64,000 bases of DNA from Gammaproteobacteria bacterium (GTDB lineage: Bacteria; Pseudomonadota; Gammaproteobacteria; GCA-001735895): assembly GCA_050298595.1 (NCBI GenBank), contig JBNKUM010000076.1, positions 1 to 64,000 of the forward strand, given 5' to 3'. Position 1 is the first letter of the stretch. Each line of letters begins with the position of its first letter. Positions 21,070-31,092 of this stretch are shown here, in pieces. The notes under the pieces are model-generated. The model saw nothing but the letters and a program-made list of their open reading frames with translations, was not told the origin of the DNA and did no database searches. A program made the translations under genes and the position numbers.

Positions 21070-21678
21070 TTAATTACTGCCCGTTTTTATCGACAACTCA
21101 GCGGATGGGGTGCATACCCATAATATCTGCGCATCCTCTTCACTTTCAGATATGCATAAATGCCCCATGCCCGAATCATAATACAGACTGTCACCCTGTT
21201 GCATACTAACCGGCTCGTAAAATTCACTATAAAAAATGATACTCCCTGACAGCACCAGTAAAAACTCTTCTCCAGAGTGTCTGACCCATCCACTGAAATC
21301 ATCGAATGAGCGAGCATGCACCATGCTTTTGAATGGCACCATTTTTTTTTGTGTTAAATCTGTTGCAAGCAATTCGTGCTCGTAGGTTTGCGTAGGATGA
21401 AGACGTCCCTCACCATTACGGGTCAGAGTTTTACGCCCGGATACCAGAGGTTCGGAACTGGACACAAATAACTGGGGAACATCTATACCCAACCCGGCAG
21501 CAAGCTTTTGCACGACTTCGAAGGAAGGGGAGATTTGTTCGTTTTCTATCTTGGATAAGGTGGACTTGGCGAGTGAAGTACGCATGGCGGCTTCATCCAG
21601 CGTCCACTTATTGCGCAGTCGTATTTCGCGTACTTTTTCGCCCAGCTTTAACGGTTGGAATACCTTATCAGTGCTCAT
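21070..21678 (-). CDS. XRE-family HTH regulator with cupin domain
   Basis: LSKIENEQISPS HTH; HSGEEF...DSLYYDSGMGH cupin. Confidence 0.92.
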   Translation of the reverse strand: MSTDKVFQPLKLGEKVREIRLRNKWTLDEAAMRTSLAKSTLSKIENEQISPSFEVVQKLAAGLGIDVPQLFVSSSEPLVSGRKTLTRNGEGRLHPTQTYEHELLATDLTQKKMVPFKSMVHARSFDDFSGWVRHSGEEFLLVLSGSIIFYSEFYEPVSMQQGDSLYYDSGMGHLCISESEEDAQILWVCTPSAELSIKTGSN

Positions 21679-21733
21679 TAGTTGAAAACCCTGGGCAGAT
21701 AGAATAAATGGAAGCGCGATTGTATAAATAATA

Positions 21734-21747
21734 TTTCCGATTGGAAA
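21734..21747. promoter_or_regulatory. Operator candidate upstream of the XRE regulator (autoregulation)
   Basis: TTTCCGATTGGAAA, 13/14 identical to the core of the gcvT palindrome. Confidence 0.65.
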
Positions 21748-21906
21748 CTTTATTTCACAATATACTTATAATTCTGGATGATAAGCATAACATCGGATAT
21801 AGATGAGAACAGTTTCCGTCAGACCGGTTTATTACGCTGCAGCGGGTGTATTCTTTTTTTGCCTGAGATATTATGCCGCCACGCAAAGCAAATCGAATCA
21901 TGCTGC

Positions 21907-22638
21907 ATGAAATCATTCAAGGCCATATTATCGTCACTTCTGGACAGTTTACGTGACCTGCTGCCTATCATTCTTGTCATTGCTTTTTTCCAGCTGGTAG
22001 TTTTACAGCAACCCATCCCAAATTTTGGCGAAATCGCAACCGGTGTTGTTTTTATTGTTATCGGGCTCACGCTATTCGTGCAAGGACTCAATATGGGATT
22101 GTTTCCGGTCGGTGAGTCTATGGCTTATGCCTTCGCCAGTAAGGGCAGCCTGTTCTGGTTACTGGCTTTTGCATTTGCGCTGGGATTTGGCACCACGGTA
22201 GCCGAACCTGCCCTGATTGCTGTCGCCAATGAAGCCGCAGAGATAGCGGCCAATGGGCAGATGATTGAAAACAGCGAAGCTGCCCGAGAGTCATATGCCT
22301 ACTGGTTACGTATAACCGTGGCCATCTCGGTGGGCTTTGCCATTCTGATCGGGGTTTTTCGTATTATCAAGGGCTGGCCCATCCAGTACCTGATCATTGG
22401 CGGTTATGTGGGCGTGGTTATCATGACCATATTCGCACCACCGGAGATTATTGGGATTGCCTACGATTCAGGAGGGGTCACTACCTCTACTATTACCGTT
22501 CCTCTGGTGACCGCATTAGGGGTGGGGCTGGCTAACTCAATCAAGGGACGCAACCCGATGATCGATGGCTTTGGCCTGATCGCTTTCGCTTCTTTAACGC
22601 CGATGATTTTTGTCATGGGTTATGGCATGGTGGTGTAA
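21907..22638 (+). CDS. DUF1538-family membrane protein (copy 1)
   Basis: [40 protein letters not shown]; start placed at MKSF. Confidence 0.9.
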   Translation: MKSFKAILSSLLDSLRDLLPIILVIAFFQLVVLQQPIPNFGEIATGVVFIVIGLTLFVQGLNMGLFPVGESMAYAFASKGSLFWLLAFAFALGFGTTVAEPALIAVANEAAEIAANGQMIENSEAARESYAYWLRITVAISVGFAILIGVFRIIKGWPIQYLIIGGYVGVVIMTIFAPPEIIGIAYDSGGVTTSTITVPLVTALGVGLANSIKGRNPMIDGFGLIAFASLTPMIFVMGYGMVV

Positions 22639-22646
22639 ATCTCGCT

Positions 22647-23423
22647 ATGCATATCCTGTCAGATCTTTTTAAAACCATGCTCACTACGGTGTGGGATGTT
22701 CTGCCCATAGCCATCATTATCTTTGGCTTTCAGTTTTTTGTGTTGCGTAAATCCATGCCTAACCCGAAAAAGATCATCAGCGGTTTTGTCCTGGTGCTAC
22801 TGGGCCTCGCTTTCTTCCTGGAAGGTCTGGAAGCAGCTCTTTTTCCGCTAGGTAAATTGATGGCGCAACAGCTCACCGACCCGACATTTCTGGGCGCTGG
22901 AAAGGCTGTAGAAGAGCTGGACTGGCATGACTACCAGTGGGTTTATCTATTTGCCTTAGCGATTGGATTTTCTACCACCATAGCAGAGCCCTCTCTGCTT
23001 GCAGTCGCCATCAAGGCTCATCAGGTCTCTGCCGGTAGTATCGGCATATGGGGGCTGCGTATCGCTGTTGCATTAGGGGTAGCCGTCGGCATTGCATTAG
23101 GGGTGTATAGAATCATCACTGGCACACCGCTGTACTGGTACATTATTACGGGCTATGTGTTTGTAGTCATTCAGACACTTTTTGCACCGCGCCTGATCAT
23201 CGCCCTGGCCTATGATTCGGGTGGGGTAACCACTTCTACCGTAACCGTTCCTCTGGTCGCCGCACTGGGCCTGGGGCTCTCTTCTACTGTTCCCGGCCGC
23301 AGCCCGTTACTCGATGGTTTCGGCCTTATCGCGTTCGCCAGCCTGTTTCCAATTATGTCTGTTATGGCTTATGCACAGATATCCGACTGGCTTGCTAAAC
23401 AAAACCGCAAAAAATTAACTTGA
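22647..23423 (+). CDS. DUF1538-family membrane protein (copy 2)
   Basis: [33 protein letters not shown]. Confidence 0.9.
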   Translation: MHILSDLFKTMLTTVWDVLPIAIIIFGFQFFVLRKSMPNPKKIISGFVLVLLGLAFFLEGLEAALFPLGKLMAQQLTDPTFLGAGKAVEELDWHDYQWVYLFALAIGFSTTIAEPSLLAVAIKAHQVSAGSIGIWGLRIAVALGVAVGIALGVYRIITGTPLYWYIITGYVFVVIQTLFAPRLIIALAYDSGGVTTSTVTVPLVAALGLGLSSTVPGRSPLLDGFGLIAFASLFPIMSVMAYAQISDWLAKQNRKKLT

Positions 23424-23435
23424 TGAGAAACTGCC

Positions 23436-23786
23436 ATGCATTTTAAATTGATTATTGCACTTACCGAAGATGGAATTACTGATAAGGTTATCCGAGCTGC
23501 TCGTGATAAAGGCGCTACGGGATCGACACTAATAGCCAACGCACGAGGAGAAGGCATAAACGTAGCCAAAACCTTTCTTGGCTTAAGCCTGGAAACCCAG
23601 CGTGATGTGATTTTATTTCTGGTGGAGGAACACCTCAGTCGAGAAATTCTGGAAAGCATCGCTAAAGCTGGAGAGTTCGATGCCAACCCCGGTAGCGGTA
23701 TAGCCTTTTGTATCGATGTAGAAGATGCGGTCGGGGTATCACGTCAGGTTAACGAATTGACTGAAAAAGTAGAGGAAGAGCTATGA
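23436..23786 (+). CDS. PII-like signal transduction protein
   Basis: 116 aa; GATGST..ARGEG; PGSGIAFCIDVEDAVG. Confidence 0.88.
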   Translation: MHFKLIIALTEDGITDKVIRAARDKGATGSTLIANARGEGINVAKTFLGLSLETQRDVILFLVEEHLSREILESIAKAGEFDANPGSGIAFCIDVEDAVGVSRQVNELTEKVEEEL

Positions 23787-24190
23787 GCCAGAGAAAAATT
23801 ATCCGTGTAAAAGATGTCATGAAATCAGAATTTGATCTGGTCGATGGCATGGATACGGTAGCCGATGTGTTAAGAAATTCCACCTATGTTGAAAGCAAAT
23901 GCTTCATCGTCAACATGCGCCATGAGGATGATGAATACGGTATTGTGCTGCTTTCCGATATAGCCAAAAAAGTACTCGCCAGGGATAAGGCTCCTGACCG
24001 CGTCAACATCTATGAAATTATGACCAAGCCCGTGATCTTTGTAGACCCAGAGATGGATATCCGATACTGCACGCGTTTATTCGAAAATTTTGGCTTGAGC
24101 CGGGCACCGGTAATCGACAACAAAAAGGTAGTCGGTATTGTCGGTTATACAGATATCGTGATACGTGGTGTGAGAGACAACCTGGCTTAA
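23783..24190 (+). CDS. Stand-alone CBS-pair protein
   Basis: VKDVM, YGIV, EIMTKP, RAPV..VVGIV; ATGA overlap with the PII gene. Confidence 0.9.
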   Translation: MSQRKIIRVKDVMKSEFDLVDGMDTVADVLRNSTYVESKCFIVNMRHEDDEYGIVLLSDIAKKVLARDKAPDRVNIYEIMTKPVIFVDPEMDIRYCTRLFENFGLSRAPVIDNKKVVGIVGYTDIVIRGVRDNLA

Positions 24191-24205
24191 TATTAAGCAA
24201 AACGC

Positions 24206-24751
24206 ATGATAAGCCATAGATTACAACCGGGCTTTAGTACCCGGCTCTATTTGCTATTGCCGCTAGTGATACTACTCATTCCTGGGTTTGCATTAGCTGA
24301 TAGCCAGCTCAGCGGGATGATCAAGCAACCAGCAGCACCAGACTTTCAATTACCCGATCTTGAAGGCAGGGTGCACAAGCTGCAGGATTATCAGGGGAAA
24401 CCGCTCATCATAAATTTCTGGGCCACCTGGTGCCCTCCCTGCCGAGCTGAACTTCCTTCGATGAATCGAGCCTGGAAAAAGATCCAGAGCAATATCGCGA
24501 TGCTTGCCATTAATATGGGTGAGGATGAAGCAACCATCAAGCGCTTTATGATTGATCACCCTATCGACTTTCCGGTACTACTGGACAAGGCTTCTAGCAG
24601 TATGCAACAGTGGCCTATACATGGCCTGCCAACCTCTTTTGTAGTTAGCCCTGAAGGGATTATTTATTATCAGGCTGTGGGCGAGCGTGAATGGGATAAT
24701 GAACAATTACTGCAAAAAGTGAAATATCTTATAAAATCCAAGGAAAGGTAA
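24206..24751 (+). CDS. TlpA/ResA-family thiol-disulfide oxidoreductase
   Basis: NFWATWCPPCRAELP; GLPT; N-terminal signal/TM. Confidence 0.92.
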   Translation: MISHRLQPGFSTRLYLLLPLVILLIPGFALADSQLSGMIKQPAAPDFQLPDLEGRVHKLQDYQGKPLIINFWATWCPPCRAELPSMNRAWKKIQSNIAMLAINMGEDEATIKRFMIDHPIDFPVLLDKASSSMQQWPIHGLPTSFVVSPEGIIYYQAVGEREWDNEQLLQKVKYLIKSKER

Positions 24752-24820
24752 TAGACTTCATTTTTCAGCAATGACGTCGATAACTATAAAACAATAACTT
24801 ATGGATGGAAGGACCTTGCT

Positions 24821-25930
24821 ATGAACTGGCTCACAGGTAACCGCGAAAATCTTCAAAAAAAGATAGAGATCCTGGAAAAAGAGTTAACCGAAAAGGATGC
24901 TGAAATTCTGTTCTTACAACAGAAACTCGACACCGCAGGACCAGGCTTTCGAGAACTTTTACAACAATATGCCCACTTAACCTCCGAAGCCGTCCACTTT
25001 GCTGATCTTGGCACTTCACTCAATATGATCCGTGAGAAATCTGCTGAAACTGCGACTACCCTGATTGAAGAACAGCGCAAGTTGCGCGAAACATCCAGTC
25101 TATTCCAGCAAAGTACAGAGATGTTGTCGCATATTTCCAGTGGCATAGCGTCGCTAAACGACACCACCAGCAACAGCATAACCTTGGTGAAGCAACTGGA
25201 AGGCGCAACCCATAATATCGAACAATTCACGCAAATCATTGCGGATATCTCAAATCAGACCAACCTGCTGGCATTAAATGCTGCAATAGAAGCGGCACGT
25301 GCCGGGGAAACAGGCCGTGGTTTTGCAGTAGTGGCGGACGAAGTTCGGGTACTCGCTTCTAAAACAGCGGATGCCACTAATCAGATCAAGGAACTGGTAA
25401 ACACTATCAAGGAGCTATCCGGCGTTACGCAATCCAGCTTTCAAAAGATCGTCGAATCCAGTGAAGAAATGAACACATCGGTACAGGCCGTAGGCACTAT
25501 CATTGATGAGATCGTTGGCTTTTCAGACAACATGACAAGCGTAATCTTTACCTCATCGACAAATGCATTCATCGAAACGGTAAAACTGGATCATATAATG
25601 TACAAGATTGATGTTTATCAGCATATCTTTGGTATGGGAGATAAGACAATCGAAAGCTTTTCCGACCATCGCCAATGCCGCCTGGGAAAATGGTACTACG
25701 AGGGTAAAGGACTGGAGCTATCCTCACTGGATCACTATCGCAAACTAGAACAACCGCATAAGGCTGTGCATCAAAGTGGTATCAAGGCTATGACAGCGAA
25801 ACATGAGAAGCAGCACTATGACTGTATTATTTATCTACATGAAATGGAGGAGGCCAGTCGTGAAGTCATCGACCTGATGGATGATCTGGCACTGGACAGT
25901 CATCAAATTCACAACGAGGAATCAAAATAG
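24821..25930 (+). CDS. Soluble chemoreceptor with C-terminal CZB domain
   Basis: [27 protein letters not shown]; no TM; DH..YK, CRLGKWY, HKAVH. Confidence 0.9.
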   Translation: MNWLTGNRENLQKKIEILEKELTEKDAEILFLQQKLDTAGPGFRELLQQYAHLTSEAVHFADLGTSLNMIREKSAETATTLIEEQRKLRETSSLFQQSTEMLSHISSGIASLNDTTSNSITLVKQLEGATHNIEQFTQIIADISNQTNLLALNAAIEAARAGETGRGFAVVADEVRVLASKTADATNQIKELVNTIKELSGVTQSSFQKIVESSEEMNTSVQAVGTIIDEIVGFSDNMTSVIFTSSTNAFIETVKLDHIMYKIDVYQHIFGMGDKTIESFSDHRQCRLGKWYYEGKGLELSSLDHYRKLEQPHKAVHQSGIKAMTAKHEKQHYDCIIYLHEMEEASREVIDLMDDLALDSHQIHNEESK

Positions 25931-25952
25931 AAAGTAATGCTTCAACCCAACC

Positions 25953-26240
25953 TTAGTGGTTAATGTTCCTGAATCGATTTTGCTGAAAATATTCGGGCCT
26001 TTGCTGCTGGGCAGGATACGGATACGCACGATAATAAGGCATAACCGGCGCCTGTAGTAGATAAGAGGGTGGTGGATAGTAGTTATGCGATTGCCCTCGC
26101 AGTCGATTAAACCAGCCAGGAGGACCGCCTAAGGGACAGAAGCCGAATTCGGCAAAGCGAGCCTCAGCCGACACGAAAATCAGCCGGGTCATAAAGATCA
26201 ATAACAGAACAACTTTTAATTTCATAGATATCAGGTACAT
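25953..26240 (-). CDS. Small exported Pro/Tyr-rich hypothetical protein
   Basis: Signal-like N-terminus; GGPPGW, YYPPPSY, PYYRAYPYP. Confidence 0.55.
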   Translation of the reverse strand: MYLISMKLKVVLLLIFMTRLIFVSAEARFAEFGFCPLGGPPGWFNRLRGQSHNYYPPPSYLLQAPVMPYYRAYPYPAQQQRPEYFQQNRFRNINH

Positions 26241-26309
26241 TATTATTGAGTGGCATAATACCTCAGACGACCACTATTTTGTGTTTTAATCAAAATCTAA
26301 GGATCACCT

Positions 26310-26684
26310 ATGGCTGATAGATTCAACTACGAAAAACTGGATAAAATTGTTGCCGATGCCCACGCCAATCGAGATAAGCGCTCACTGGGTTATCGAGAAC
26401 AGGCATTAAAACTCTACCCCTGGATCTGTGGGCGATGTGCACGCGAATTTGACCGTAGCAATCTGCAGGAACTCACGGTGCATCATCGTGACCATAACCA
26501 TGACAACAACCCACCCGATGGAAGCAACTGGGAACTACTTTGCCTGTATTGCCATGATAATGAACATTCGCGTTACGAGGACTATGTAAAAGGGGGACAG
26601 TATGGGCATGGCAAACAGCAGGTTGAAGAGATTAAGCACAACCCCTTTGCCGATTTAAAGAAGATGATGGATAAAGATGATTAG
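26310..26684 (+). CDS. yajD: YajD-family HNH nuclease
   Basis: GYREQALKLYPWICGRC; HHRDHNHDNNPPDGSNWELLCLYCHDNEH. Confidence 0.92.
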   Translation: MADRFNYEKLDKIVADAHANRDKRSLGYREQALKLYPWICGRCAREFDRSNLQELTVHHRDHNHDNNPPDGSNWELLCLYCHDNEHSRYEDYVKGGQYGHGKQQVEEIKHNPFADLKKMMDKDD

Positions 26685-27132
26685 TCTGAAAATCATCTTT
26701 ATCGGTATACCGCTATTAATCATCATTGGACTTGCAGCACTGTCATTTAACACCCGGCATAGCCCCATTAAGCCAGGCGCTAATAGAACCCTGACAGACT
26801 GCCCGGACAAAAAGAACTGTGTTTCCAGCCTGGCAACAGCATCAGATAAAAAAATAGCCGCCTTTGATATTACTGCTGAAAATACCACACAAAGCTGGGA
26901 GCGGTTAATCAAGTTAGTCCAGCAGCAGGGTGGTGAAATACTGTTCAACGATGGCAAATACTGCCATGCTGTTTTCACTTCTATGATCTTTCGTTTTAAG
27001 GATGACCTGGAATTGCTGATGGGCCAGTCACAGATCCAGATCCGCTCAGCCTCACGCGCAGGATATTCTGATCTAGGGGTAAACAGAAAAAGAGTCGAAA
27101 AGATCAGGAGTCTTTTTGTTAAGCCAGAATAG
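26677..27132 (+). CDS. DUF1499-family protein
   Basis: CPDKKNCVSS, FRFKDDLE, RSASRAGYSDLGVNRKR. Confidence 0.9.
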   Translation: MISLKIIFIGIPLLIIIGLAALSFNTRHSPIKPGANRTLTDCPDKKNCVSSLATASDKKIAAFDITAENTTQSWERLIKLVQQQGGEILFNDGKYCHAVFTSMIFRFKDDLELLMGQSQIQIRSASRAGYSDLGVNRKRVEKIRSLFVKPE

Positions 27133-27178
27133 CTGAGAGTATTGCTGGATAATCGAGGTGTGTCACGATCTGTAATAT

Positions 27179-27661
27179 ATGATATTAAAGCTCATGAAAA
27201 TCAAAATTATCGCTTTCAGCGTCCTGCTCACTGTATTGCTCTCTGCCTGTAATAACCAGACAACTTCACCTGAGGATGAAATCCGGCAGTTTATTGCATC
27301 TGGAATAGAAGCCGCCGAGCAGCGCAGGAGCGGTGTTTTAAAAGATATGATTCGAGATAATTATCGTGACCAGAAAGGCTACGACAAAAACCGGCTAGTC
27401 GGTTTAATTCGTATTTATTTTCTGCGTAATAAAAGCATTTATCTTTTCACTAAGATTAAAGATATCAGGATCACCGGTAATCAAAACGCAACCGTTCAGC
27501 TTTATGTCGCGATGGCTGGCAAACAGATTTCGGATATCACGCTGCTAAGCAATTACCGAGCGAGTATCTATCGTTTTGAATTACAGTTAATCAAGCCTGA
27601 TGATGAATGGTTACTGGAAAGTGCAGAATGGGCAAGAGCTTCTGCCGCTGATGTGCAATAA
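27179..27661 (+). CDS. Hypothetical lipoprotein (possible NTF2-like fold)
   Basis: Lipobox LSAC; 160 aa. Confidence 0.75.
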   Translation: MILKLMKIKIIAFSVLLTVLLSACNNQTTSPEDEIRQFIASGIEAAEQRRSGVLKDMIRDNYRDQKGYDKNRLVGLIRIYFLRNKSIYLFTKIKDIRITGNQNATVQLYVAMAGKQISDITLLSNYRASIYRFELQLIKPDDEWLLESAEWARASAADVQ

Positions 27662-27662
27662 T

Positions 27663-28148
27663 TCAGTCCGAGTCGCGATTCCAGTTACCGGACTTGCCGC
27701 CTGACTTATGCAACAGGTAGACATCACCAATCAGCATACCCCTGTCTACAGCCTTACACATATCATAGATGGTTAACAGTGCGACCTGAACACCGGTTAA
27801 AGCCTCCATTTCAACGCCGGTTTGCCCATTGGTTTGCGCCGTGACTTCACAGTTAACGCGCTGCTTCTCTTCATCAATATTGAATTCTACTGATACATGC
27901 GTAAGCGCCAGAGGATGGCACAGAGGTATAAGATCAGAGGTGCGTTTGGTGGCCATAATCCCCGCCACACGAGCGATGCCCAATACATCTCCTTTTTTAT
28001 GATCACCCTGTTGAATTAATTGTAGAGTGGAAGCCTGCATCTGAATATATCCAGCAGCTACAGCTTTTCTCTGTGTAATTGATTTCTCACCCACATCAAC
28101 CATGTGAGCTTTTCCAGAGCTATTAAAATGCGTCAGATCGGATGTCAT
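27663..28148 (-). CDS. moaC: Cyclic pyranopterin monophosphate synthase
   Basis: [35 protein letters not shown]. Confidence 0.96.
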   Translation of the reverse strand: MTSDLTHFNSSGKAHMVDVGEKSITQRKAVAAGYIQMQASTLQLIQQGDHKKGDVLGIARVAGIMATKRTSDLIPLCHPLALTHVSVEFNIDEEKQRVNCEVTAQTNGQTGVEMEALTGVQVALLTIYDMCKAVDRGMLIGDVYLLHKSGGKSGNWNRDSD

Positions 28149-28155
28149 TGGGGAG

Positions 28156-29523
28156 TTATTTAACCAGTATATACATGGCCTGATCGCCACGTTTTATATT
28201 CATCAACAAACTACGACTGCTTCTTGCTGCAGCATAGGCATCATCAAAAGTTTTCACCAGCTGCTTGTTGATGGAGTAGATGATGTCATCCTTGCGAAGA
28301 CCTGTATTCCATGCCGGACTTCCCGGAACAATGTCTTCAACCAGCAGGTATTCAACCAGTCCGATCCGGATATCGGTTTGTTTCATCTCCGCGATTTTAG
28401 CCCCAGCCAACCGACTACTGAATTCTTTTCCATCCATGGATACTACTTCCATCTGCTGGATGGTCGCCTTGATCAAACCCACTCGACCATTGCGAATGAT
28501 TTCAAGTTCAACAGATTGACCTATACGCATAAGGCCAACCACATTGTACATATCCACCGATGAACGCACCTTACGACCATTGGCCTTGACAATCACATCC
28601 CCAACCTTCAAACCGGCTTTCTGCGCCGGCGAACCCATCTCTATCTTGGTCACCACTGCGCCCTGACTTGATTCCAGATTAAATGCATGCGCTAACTCTG
28701 AAGTAAGATCCTGAGCCTGAGCACCCAGGCGACCACGCTTCACCTTGCCGAATTCGATTAGCTGCTGCATAACATCCTTAGCCATATTGATCGGAATCGC
28801 AAACCCAATACCTATATTGCCACCATTACCATTACCACCCCCCAGAATCGCAGTATTAATACCGATCAGTTCTCCACGCAGATTAACCAGTGCACCGCCC
28901 GAATTACCAGGATTAATAGAGGCATCGGTCTGAATAAAATCTTCAAACGATTCGATTCCCAGACCAGAACGACCAAGCGCCGAAACGATACCAGAAGTCA
29001 CTGTCTGCCCAAGCCCGAAGGGGTTGCCGATAGCGACTACAAAATCACCCACTCTGAGTTCACTGGAGTCAGCAAAAGAAACACTGGTCAGGTTATTCGC
29101 CTGAATCTTAATCACCGCCACATCAGTTTCAGGATCCCGCCCCAGCACTTCGGCCAGTAACACGCGCCCATCACGCAGGGTAACGCTGATTTCAAACGCG
29201 TCTTCTATAACGTGGTTATTGGTTAAAATATAGCCATTTTTTGCATCCACAATAACTCCCGACCCCAGGCTTGAGGTTTCCTGCTCACGCTGGATTCCGG
29301 GTATATTGAAAAAATGCTGGAACAAGGGGTCGTTGAACAGCGTGGTACTGACCTGGGTTTTGCCTTTGGTTGATATGTTGACTACAGCAGGTGTGGTCTT
29401 TTCTAGCATAGGGGCCAGACTGGGTAACGCCTGCCCATTTACAGATACCGGCAAAGCTGCCTGTGTTTGCGACAAAAAAACCAGTAGAAATAAAATTAAC
29501 GCCAATCTTATCAGTTGCATCAA
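28156..29523 (-). CDS. degQ: DegQ/DegP-family periplasmic serine protease
   Basis: [19 protein letters not shown]; two PDZ domains. Confidence 0.9.
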   Translation of the reverse strand: MMQLIRLALILFLLVFLSQTQAALPVSVNGQALPSLAPMLEKTTPAVVNISTKGKTQVSTTLFNDPLFQHFFNIPGIQREQETSSLGSGVIVDAKNGYILTNNHVIEDAFEISVTLRDGRVLLAEVLGRDPETDVAVIKIQANNLTSVSFADSSELRVGDFVVAIGNPFGLGQTVTSGIVSALGRSGLGIESFEDFIQTDASINPGNSGGALVNLRGELIGINTAILGGGNGNGGNIGIGFAIPINMAKDVMQQLIEFGKVKRGRLGAQAQDLTSELAHAFNLESSQGAVVTKIEMGSPAQKAGLKVGDVIVKANGRKVRSSVDMYNVVGLMRIGQSVELEIIRNGRVGLIKATIQQMEVVSMDGKEFSSRLAGAKIAEMKQTDIRIGLVEYLLVEDIVPGSPAWNTGLRKDDIIYSINKQLVKTFDDAYAAARSSRSLLMNIKRGDQAMYILVK

Positions 29524-30479
29524 AATCTTCTCGGATTAAAACTAAACTTTTCAGACATGGTTTGATAAAACTTTCGGGTTTCATCACTGTTCGCAGTCGG
29601 GGTATGGATCTGTATCTCTACCAACAGGTCCCCGTCCGGTTTACCCGGCAGGCCACGACCTTTTAAACGCATTTTTTGCCCAGACTGTACGCCTGCAGAA
29701 ATCTTCAACTCTACCTGACCGGTTAAGGTCGGCACGGTTATTTTACTGCCCAAAGCGGCTTCCCATGGGGTGACCGGACATTTCAAAATCAGATCACGCC
29801 CCTCCAGTCGAAACAGCCGATGCGGTAACACATGCATTTCTAACAACAGATCACCCGCTTCTCCACCACTGGCTGACGGGTGACCCTGACGCGACAGGCG
29901 GATCTTTTGCCCGCTCATGACGCCTCGCGGAATATTGATTTTAAGTTTCTTTAACGTGGGTGTGGCAATACCGCCAGAAATCGATTCAGAGCGAGAGATT
30001 TGAATGGTTTTTTCACCGCCATTAAAGGCTTCTTCCAGCGAGATATCCAGCTTAAGGGTTTGATCATCGCCCTTTTGCGTACGTTTGCGATGGCCGAATG
30101 AGGATTCATGTCCTGAACCGAAACCAGAGCCAAAACCCGCACCTCGTCTGCCACCACGTTGCTGGGAGAATATCGATTCGAAAAAATCGCTAAAATCTGC
30201 TCCTCCGCCAAATCCTGCAGAACCGGCCCCAAAACCGGCACCATTGAATTCGTGCCCGTGCTTCCAGTCACTACCAAACTGATCATAGGCCTTGCGTTTT
30301 ACAGTATCTTTTAGTACTTCGTAGGCCTCGTTAACTTCCTTAAATTTTTCTTCGGCCGTGCTGTCCTTATTCATATCAGGATGAAACTTACGCGCCAGCT
30401 TGCGGTAAGCTTTTTTTATGGTGGCTGTATCCGCATTGCGCTCAACACCTAAAATTTTGTAGTAATCCTGATATTTCAT
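29520..30479 (-). CDS. cbpA: CbpA-like class II J-domain protein
   Basis: HPD J-domain, G/F-rich region, no zinc finger, PWEAALG C-terminal domain. Confidence 0.85.
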   Translation of the reverse strand: MKYQDYYKILGVERNADTATIKKAYRKLARKFHPDMNKDSTAEEKFKEVNEAYEVLKDTVKRKAYDQFGSDWKHGHEFNGAGFGAGSAGFGGGADFSDFFESIFSQQRGGRRGAGFGSGFGSGHESSFGHRKRTQKGDDQTLKLDISLEEAFNGGEKTIQISRSESISGGIATPTLKKLKINIPRGVMSGQKIRLSRQGHPSASGGEAGDLLLEMHVLPHRLFRLEGRDLILKCPVTPWEAALGSKITVPTLTGQVELKISAGVQSGQKMRLKGRGLPGKPDGDLLVEIQIHTPTANSDETRKFYQTMSEKFSFNPRRF

Positions 30480-30500
30480 TTTGTATCTAAAGCAAGTGTG

Positions 30501-30522
30501 GGTCGCTCCGCAAGGAGCGACC
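30501..30522. other. Perfect 9-bp GC hairpin between hsp20 and cbpA
   Basis: GGTCGCTCC-GCAA-GGAGCGACC; no U tract on the minus strand. Confidence 0.6.
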
Positions 30523-30529
30523 TTAAGGG

Positions 30530-30949
30530 TTAATGACTAATCTCAATTTTACGCTGTGTTTCCACAGGCTGTACACGTCGAATAGACAAATTTAATACGC
30601 CATTTTGGCTTTTTGCCACAATCGATTCGACATCAGCATCATCCGGCAAGGTGAATTTACGCTGATAGCTGCCTGATTTACGTTCGCTACGGCTTAGCAT
30701 TTCACCTTCTTTAAGCGCTACAGAGGGTTTCTCAGCGCTGATGCTAAGTACCTTTTTCTCTTCGGTGATATCAATGGTTGCTGGATCGATACCAGGCATA
30801 TCAAGCACTAAACGATATTCGTCCTTGCTCTCAATAATATCTACGCCTGGGCTCCAGCTAGTGCTAGTCTCAGCGCGAGCTGCTCGTGAACGTCTAACGG
30901 GTGCAAAAGCACGGAACGGGTCATAATATAAGGTTTGTAACATGGTCAT
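30530..30949 (-). CDS. Hsp20/alpha-crystallin small heat-shock protein
   Basis: [32 protein letters not shown]. Confidence 0.93.
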   Translation of the reverse strand: MTMLQTLYYDPFRAFAPVRRSRAARAETSTSWSPGVDIIESKDEYRLVLDMPGIDPATIDITEEKKVLSISAEKPSVALKEGEMLSRSERKSGSYQRKFTLPDDADVESIVAKSQNGVLNLSIRRVQPVETQRKIEISH

Positions 30950-31062
30950 TCTCCAAAAAAATAACTATCAATAAAGCTGCTGCAATTTCATCCAGCAATC
31001 TGTGATGGTTATCCTGCTGAACCTATACCTTTAAATTCAACGGGAAGAGAAGCTTCTGTTCA

Positions 31063-31092
31063 CTATGTAGGGCTGTTGATAATCTTTTCAAG
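31063..31092 (-). promoter_or_regulatory. Candidate sigma32 promoter for hsp20
   Basis: Minus strand CTTGAAA...CCCTACATAG, resembling CTTGAAA-N13-15-CCCCATNT. Confidence 0.55.

Noticed and set aside
30950-31060. ROSE RNA thermometer for hsp20
   Set aside because: A TTGCT is present but not positioned to pair with the SD in a terminal hairpin.
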